DNA of 63,491 bases, counting the filler. It is 9 parts of 9 records of this genome, joined end to end, with 100 filler letters (N's around TTAATTAATTAA, not from the genome) between each part and the next. Parts side by side here need not be neighbours in the genome. Positions count along the whole stretch, not along the records: positions 58,146 to 63,491 come from SRR31156797_140367; 8 more parts are not named here. One strand, written 5' to 3'. Of the stretch, positions 58,677 through 63,491 are shown one piece after another. Numbering within the stretch: position 1 is the first letter of the stretch; every line of letters begins with the position of its first letter. The notes below the pieces were generated by a model, which was not told the DNA's origin, made no database searches, and was given only the letters and a program-made list of their open reading frames with translations. The translations under genes and the position numbers were made by a program.

Positions 58677-60755
58677 TCAAAACTCTAGTTTCAAGGTGGC
58701 GCTTATATTCCTCCCCGGTTCGTTCAGGTCAACGCCCCGCGACGTGGAGAGGTGATTGCGATATTCTGTATCGAACAGATTTTGGCATGCGAGCACAATA
58801 TCGTTGACAGTGTTGCCCCATTTGAAACGGTAGCCGATCTGGGCGTCGAAGGTGGCCCATCCGGGGGTTTCCGTTTCATCAGGACTGACCTCGTCCTGCT
58901 CGGCCGCCCACAGCATGTCGATGCTGCCCCTGAAACCAAGCGCCGGCTGATAAGCGACCCCCACCAGGCCGTTCAAAGGCGCAATAAAAGGTAGATTCTC
59001 GTCGTTGGTTTCATTGGTTCCCCGTGTGTATGCCACATAGCCGTATGCGGAAACACTTTGGGTAAAATTGTAGGTCGCTTCCAACTCCCCGCCATAAATC
59101 CTTGCCTCTTCGATATTTTCCATCTGATACAGTCCGGAACTCACCAGTTGCTCGGTAATCAGGTCATCCACATTGTTCAGATAAGCGGCGGCCGAAGCGG
59201 AAAGCCTATGACTCGTGTAGTGTACTCCGTATTCAAAAAACAGAGAACGCTCGGGGTCCAAGTCCGGGTTGCCGTAGGTTTCTCCCCCGGTAAAGGCAAT
59301 GTACTTGTACCTGTCCATAAGATCGGGCGTACGATAACTGGACGCCCCGATAAAAGTCATCGACCAGTCAGAAGCGAGATTCCAGGTCAGTCCTGCATGG
59401 GCTCCCCAACTGGTGTCATCCTGTTCTTCGGCGTCCCTTTTCAGTGTGGGGATAATCGCCGGATTGGGAGGAACGATCCAGTCGTACAGCTCGTCGCTTT
59501 CCGCATGGATATAATCCACACGACCGCCGATGTTCAGGACGAATCGATCGTTCAGATGCCAGTCGTTTTCGGCAACGAGGCCGGCCGAGAGTTGTTCGGC
59601 ATCGGCAAGCGGTGTGTCAATGCCGGTCATTCCACTGGACAGGTTCTTGGTTCGCTCCGATTCAATACCCCAATTCCAAACATCGATGCCCACCGTAAGC
59701 AAGTGAGCCCCCAAGTCGAACCGGTTCAACCATTTACCACCAATGGTTTCGTGATCCGCCTCCGGACGAATGGTATCCATGGGCATGCCTTCTGGAAACT
59801 CCATCAGCACCCTTCGTTCGATAGACTGGTAATAGATGTTAAGGTCAGACTCGGCCAGCGCCGAACCTGCGGGAGAGAACCGATGGGTGCCCTGAACCAG
59901 GGTACGCATGGTATCCGGGTAGGTAATATCCGGCCCTTCAGGCAGGGCGAGCCCTCTACCCGGGATTCCGACGTCTTCGGCCTCGAGCCTCTGGATTTGA
60001 ACGCCACTGACATTGGACTCGTTCCACCGGAAACCGGATTTCAGATTGAAGCTGGCGTCATTCCACTGGCTGTTGTGGATTTCGTCTCCGTCGCCGTCCT
60101 CATAACTGTCGTAATCCCGTCCCCCGGCGGAGGCATACACCCAACCGCTTTGACTATTGTACGAAATGTTACCATACCCTCGATAGCCCTCGGGATTGGA
60201 GCCGCCGCCGGCCATCAGCGTTCCATGAAACTCTGATTCTTCGGACAGTGCCCCGTTTTTTGTAATGATATTGACGACACCACCGATGGATCCCGAACCG
60301 TACAGCGCGCTGATGGGTCCCTTCAACACTTCGACACGTTCGATCTCCATGGGATCGATGAGACCGAACTGGGCGTTGATATCCGTGGCCGTGTTCACAC
60401 GGCATCCGTCGATTAGAAAAACCACGCGGTTTCTTCCCAACCCGCGGATGTTCATGGCCGATCCCCAGGCTGAATCCGATGATTTGTCCACGCCCGGAAT
60501 ATATTTTCCCAAAGCGTTGGTGACACTCACCGGCTGCTCTTGGAAAATTTTCTCTTTCTCTAAAAGCCCAACACCGCCAGGTGTCTCGGATACAAGACTG
60601 TCGGTTCCTCTTGCTGATACGACAATGTTTCCCACGGTCAGCACCTCGTCTCCATTCTGCCCGTCAGGTGTTTCGGCGAGAGCCGTTCCTGCCAACGCCG
60701 GCATTAAAAGGATGCAGCCCATTGCAATCACGCATTGAATCTCTCTCCACTTCAT
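58677..60755 (-). CDS. TonB-dependent receptor (heme/metal-complex type)
   Basis: Start MKWREI after a GGAGG SD; IVVSARG, ERVEVLKGPISALYGSG, GNPDLDPE, EPGRN and C-terminal F. Confidence 0.92.
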   Translation of the reverse strand: MKWREIQCVIAMGCILLMPALAGTALAETPDGQNGDEVLTVGNIVVSARGTDSLVSETPGGVGLLEKEKIFQEQPVSVTNALGKYIPGVDKSSDSAWGSAMNIRGLGRNRVVFLIDGCRVNTATDINAQFGLIDPMEIERVEVLKGPISALYGSGSIGGVVNIITKNGALSEESEFHGTLMAGGGSNPEGYRGYGNISYNSQSGWVYASAGGRDYDSYEDGDGDEIHNSQWNDASFNLKSGFRWNESNVSGVQIQRLEAEDVGIPGRGLALPEGPDITYPDTMRTLVQGTHRFSPAGSALAESDLNIYYQSIERRVLMEFPEGMPMDTIRPEADHETIGGKWLNRFDLGAHLLTVGIDVWNWGIESERTKNLSSGMTGIDTPLADAEQLSAGLVAENDWHLNDRFVLNIGGRVDYIHAESDELYDWIVPPNPAIIPTLKRDAEEQDDTSWGAHAGLTWNLASDWSMTFIGASSYRTPDLMDRYKYIAFTGGETYGNPDLDPERSLFFEYGVHYTSHRLSASAAAYLNNVDDLITEQLVSSGLYQMENIEEARIYGGELEATYNFTQSVSAYGYVAYTRGTNETNDENLPFIAPLNGLVGVAYQPALGFRGSIDMLWAAEQDEVSPDETETPGWATFDAQIGYRFKWGNTVNDIVLACQNLFDTEYRNHLSTSRGVDLNEPGRNISATLKLEF

Positions 60756-60822
60756 CACAAGTTTTCCTCCAGCTGTTGCGTTAGAAAGAACATCAACGTT
60801 GCCCATAAAATGCTTTTGGTGG

Positions 60823-61680
60823 TTAGGCCAACAAACTGTATTTGTCCCATCCAAGCCAGTTCAAACGACCGATTTCCAGAGTCATCTCCTGGAAAAGGGA
60901 GACCCCCTGCCGCACCGGTATTAAGAGTCCGCTATGGCTGATAAATGTTTGGAACGTCTCGCTAAGGAGAAAGCGCAGCACGTCTTCGGCATCTTCCGGA
61001 GCGTTTTTTTTGATGAAGGCCAAAAGCGGCAGCGTGACGGCGCCCTCAACGGGCCAGACCCGTACAGCGTTCCCCTCCCGAAATGTCTGTGAAAATGCGG
61101 GGAGGGCCAGCCCGATTTTAAATTCGCCCTTGTCCACGGAATTGTTGATTTCCAGGGGCAGCAAAGAGGCGTTGACCCTTGCGGCAGCTTCTTTTCCGCG
61201 GTTTCCGAAAAGGGTTGTCATATAGCTGGCGAACGTTGCCGGTGCAGGAGTGTTCGCCGGTGGAATGACCATGGCCTCGGCCAATTCGTCCCGGCAAAGA
61301 TCGGACCAGCCGGCAACCTTTTGTGATACCGATTTGTGGCAAATCATCAGGAAGGGGACCACGGCAATCACCTTGCAGAAGGGGTCGACCTCCCGGTATC
61401 CAATTTCGGCCAACTCCGGCCGAATCGGCGTCAACGCTTCAGACAGGTGTCTAAAAACGGATTTCCCGCCAAGGCTTCGTGCCCTCGTCAAAGCGGCCGG
61501 GTAAGCTGTAACGGTTAAATCCGCCGTTTCGTTTTTCATACCGAACGCAGACCTGAAAAAACGATCCATCTCCTCATGATTGTTTGGAGGAAGTATTATT
61601 GCGTTCGGGAATGCCTCGGCTACATCGGAGACGACTTTTCTGAGAATGTTGGGCGGCAGTGCCAGATGCAGGGTCGTCAT
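60823..61680 (-). CDS. SBP-like protein (type II fold) without a signal peptide
   Basis: AVVPFL, GWSDL and VWPVEGAVTLP; no hydrophobic N-terminus. Confidence 0.65.
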   Translation of the reverse strand: MTTLHLALPPNILRKVVSDVAEAFPNAIILPPNNHEEMDRFFRSAFGMKNETADLTVTAYPAALTRARSLGGKSVFRHLSEALTPIRPELAEIGYREVDPFCKVIAVVPFLMICHKSVSQKVAGWSDLCRDELAEAMVIPPANTPAPATFASYMTTLFGNRGKEAAARVNASLLPLEINNSVDKGEFKIGLALPAFSQTFREGNAVRVWPVEGAVTLPLLAFIKKNAPEDAEDVLRFLLSETFQTFISHSGLLIPVRQGVSLFQEMTLEIGRLNWLGWDKYSLLA

Positions 61681-62507
61681 CGGTTCGGCTCCTCCAGGTC
61701 GATTGTGCGGCCTGTGCGCAGCATCTCCCGGGTCCTGGTCAACAGGTTGTCAAATTTTTGCAGCTTTTGAAGATTGCGGTAATCGTCAGGCGATGTGATT
61801 TGCAGTTGATCCATGCCACCATTTTTCATGACCAGACGCCTCGACGCCCTGAGCGTCAGGACCGGATCGTGTGTGGAAATAACGACCAATTTGCTGTTAG
61901 ACGAAAGGACGTCCATGGCAGCAAGTTTATCGATGCCGGCATTCTCGATTTCATCGATCAACACCACCGGTGCATCGGAAATGTATGCGATATCCGCGAT
62001 CATGAGAGCCCGGGCCTGTCCCCCGCTGAGCACCTGCAAACGCGAATCGTTTCTGACGGGTTCTCCGCACAGGGTGTTGGCAACGGCAATCACCTTGTCT
62101 GAAAGCGCGGAGATGCTTTTGCCCCGGCTTTGGGCATGGAGGGTGAGAAATTCTGCAACGCTGCAATCCATGATAAAACCGGTTTTCTGCGTCAATTGGG
62201 CGATAAGCCCTTCCCGTTGGTTAAATGCTGATGGTGATCTGGCGTCCATCGTGATGCGTCGTCGACTCACCGTGTCGCCACGAGCCATCTGTTCGATATC
62301 GGACAGGAGTTGGCTTTTTCCTGAACCGGTGGGACCCACCACGGCCAGTGACTCGCCGTTGCGTATAGTGATGGTTGCAATGGTTTCGGGACTTTTATCC
62401 TTGCATCGGCCTCTTCGTATCGTAATATGGTTGACGGTTGGGCTAGCGTTTCGCACTGATGCATGCGTCTCATCGGTTCCCGGCGGCAAAAGAACTCTCC
62501 TTTGCAT
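61677..62507 (-). CDS. ABC-type ATPase
   Basis: GPTGSGKS, LSGGQARALMIAD, LIDEIENAGID and THDP. Confidence 0.85.
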   Translation of the reverse strand: MQRRVLLPPGTDETHASVRNASPTVNHITIRRGRCKDKSPETIATITIRNGESLAVVGPTGSGKSQLLSDIEQMARGDTVSRRRITMDARSPSAFNQREGLIAQLTQKTGFIMDCSVAEFLTLHAQSRGKSISALSDKVIAVANTLCGEPVRNDSRLQVLSGGQARALMIADIAYISDAPVVLIDEIENAGIDKLAAMDVLSSNSKLVVISTHDPVLTLRASRRLVMKNGGMDQLQITSPDDYRNLQKLQKFDNLLTRTREMLRTGRTIDLEEPNR

Positions 62508-62509
62508 GA

Positions 62510-63196
62510 CTATGGTTTGATTTTTTCCACATTGCCTGTCTGGTAGGCATTCCCAATTCGCATTTCGCCCGTACAATAAGAGCAGACGGATGCAGGCATG
62601 GAATAGCGCAACGTGCGCTCGCAGATGGCATCCGTTTCCGGCCAGGCATCAATAACCCGTTTGAGCAAGACGGCGCCGGAACCGGTAAGGCCGTTTATCC
62701 GAATGATGTCGGCCGTAGGGTTGACCAGGCTGATTTTATAGGAAAACACCTCTTTCTCTGCCTGGGAAACCATCTCGCTTTTGGTTACCACGACCGCATC
62801 GGCCAGACTTAAAGCGGGCCCCATTTTACCTGGAGCGTCCATACCGCCCAGATTGTCGATGACCGTTAGCGCAGGCACCTCATGAATGTGGGGAGCGCAG
62901 CGGTAGCAAAGTCCTGCTGTTTCGATGAATAAAACATCGGCGGCCATCCGCAGCCCCCACGAAAAGACCTCCTCCAGGTTGGAGACGTAATAGTGGTCCG
63001 GGCATACGTAGTCACTTAACCCCTTAATGGCCGGGATGCTGAGCTTCTCAACATAGATCCGATCGTCCAGGGTGGATAAGGCATCGAATTTTGCAGCCGC
63101 AACCTGCTGCCCGGTTTCCTTAATAAGCCTTGCCACATGCGTAATAACAGCAGTCTTTCCGGCACTGGGTGCGCCTGCAACTGTAATCATTTTCAT
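62510..63196 (-). CDS. G3E family P-loop GTPase (HypB/UreG/CobW-like)
   Basis: VAGAPSAGKT, CPDH, IETAGLCYRC, VTKSE and C-terminal CSYC. Confidence 0.85.
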   Translation of the reverse strand: MKMITVAGAPSAGKTAVITHVARLIKETGQQVAAAKFDALSTLDDRIYVEKLSIPAIKGLSDYVCPDHYYVSNLEEVFSWGLRMAADVLFIETAGLCYRCAPHIHEVPALTVIDNLGGMDAPGKMGPALSLADAVVVTKSEMVSQAEKEVFSYKISLVNPTADIIRINGLTGSGAVLLKRVIDAWPETDAICERTLRYSMPASVCSYCTGEMRIGNAYQTGNVEKIKP

Positions 63197-63279
63197 AGTA
63201 TGACCTGTATCGTCCGATTTGATCTTCGGTATCTCGTCACGGCTGTGGCTCTTTTTTCACAAAGGCGTGAAGACTGGGT

Positions 63280-63294
63280 TCATAATGAATATCA
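63280..63294. promoter_or_regulatory. Fur-box-like site upstream of the GTPase-TonB operon
   Basis: TCATAATGAATATCA matches 12 of 14 positions of the 7-1-7 consensus TGATAATnATTATCA. Confidence 0.55.
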
Positions 63295-63402
63295 AATACA
63301 TGGGAGCTAAAAGGTACCCACCCCAACTTGCGAAGAGATAAAAAAATAACCGTTCACAGGGGTGAAATGACCAAAACAGTTGGCAGGAAGTTCTTTTTCC
63401 TC

Positions 63403-63416
63403 TTGACAATTGTCAA
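63403..63416. promoter_or_regulatory. Perfect palindrome TTGAC-AATT-GTCAA (CRP/FNR-like spacing)
   Basis: 14-bp palindrome with the TTGAN-N4-NTCAA geometry of FNR-type boxes. Confidence 0.4.
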
Positions 63417-63491
63417 CCCTATCAGTGCCGGGAACGAAGCGGATGCGGCACCCTGTGAATGCATAAAAAAAGGCGCCTTCCATCGGTTGTA

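Noticed and set aside
63197-63491. Cobalamin riboswitch upstream of the TonB operon
   Set aside because: No B12-box or GGGAA...GCCACTG core was found on the coding strand.

Overview
The window is not one genomic locus. It joins nine unrelated contig fragments with identical 100-bp spacers (44 N + TTAATTAATTAA + 44 N). (1) 1-8394 looks spirochaete-like: TRAP T-component, TrmH, GNAT, PfkB kinase, class II aldolase, Ktr/Trk K+ uptake and a 7TM-DISM sensor whose H-box His is missing. (2) 8495-17542 is an alphaproteobacterial-type dcw cluster, ftsI-murE-murF-mraY-murD-ftsW-murG-murC. (3) 17643-26616 is a C-P lyase operon, phnGHIJKLM-phnCDE, with an unusually long PhnE. (4) 26717-32935 holds a sulfotransferase facing a cbiK-ABC-cbiL-Gate operon. 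(5) 33036-39383 is an AraC-TonB receptor-PepSY siderophore-type uptake locus. (6) 39484-44720 is the most unusual part. A bacterial-type HU gene adjoins an Orc1/Cdc6-family initiator gene. That gene sits next to a ~650-bp non-coding region with archaeal ORB-like boxes, a second family of repeated boxes flanking an AT-rich tract, and a palindrome. The nearby genes have archaeal-looking BRE/TATA promoters, and a zinc-ribbon/kleisin-like operon lies on the other side of the region. Together this suggests an archaeal-style replicon module next to a bacterial-style gene. (7) 44821-50285 has jag-mnmE, a ThiC-family gene, YhhN and a DHH-CBS protein. (8) 50386-58045 has a tyrosine integrase at tRNA-Ser(GGA), ubiTUV and lepA. 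(9) 58146-63491 is a Fur-box-preceded operon: G3E GTPase, ABC ATPase, SBP-like protein, TonB receptor, SBP. All assignments come from reading motifs by eye; no database searches were run, and taxonomic labels are inferences.
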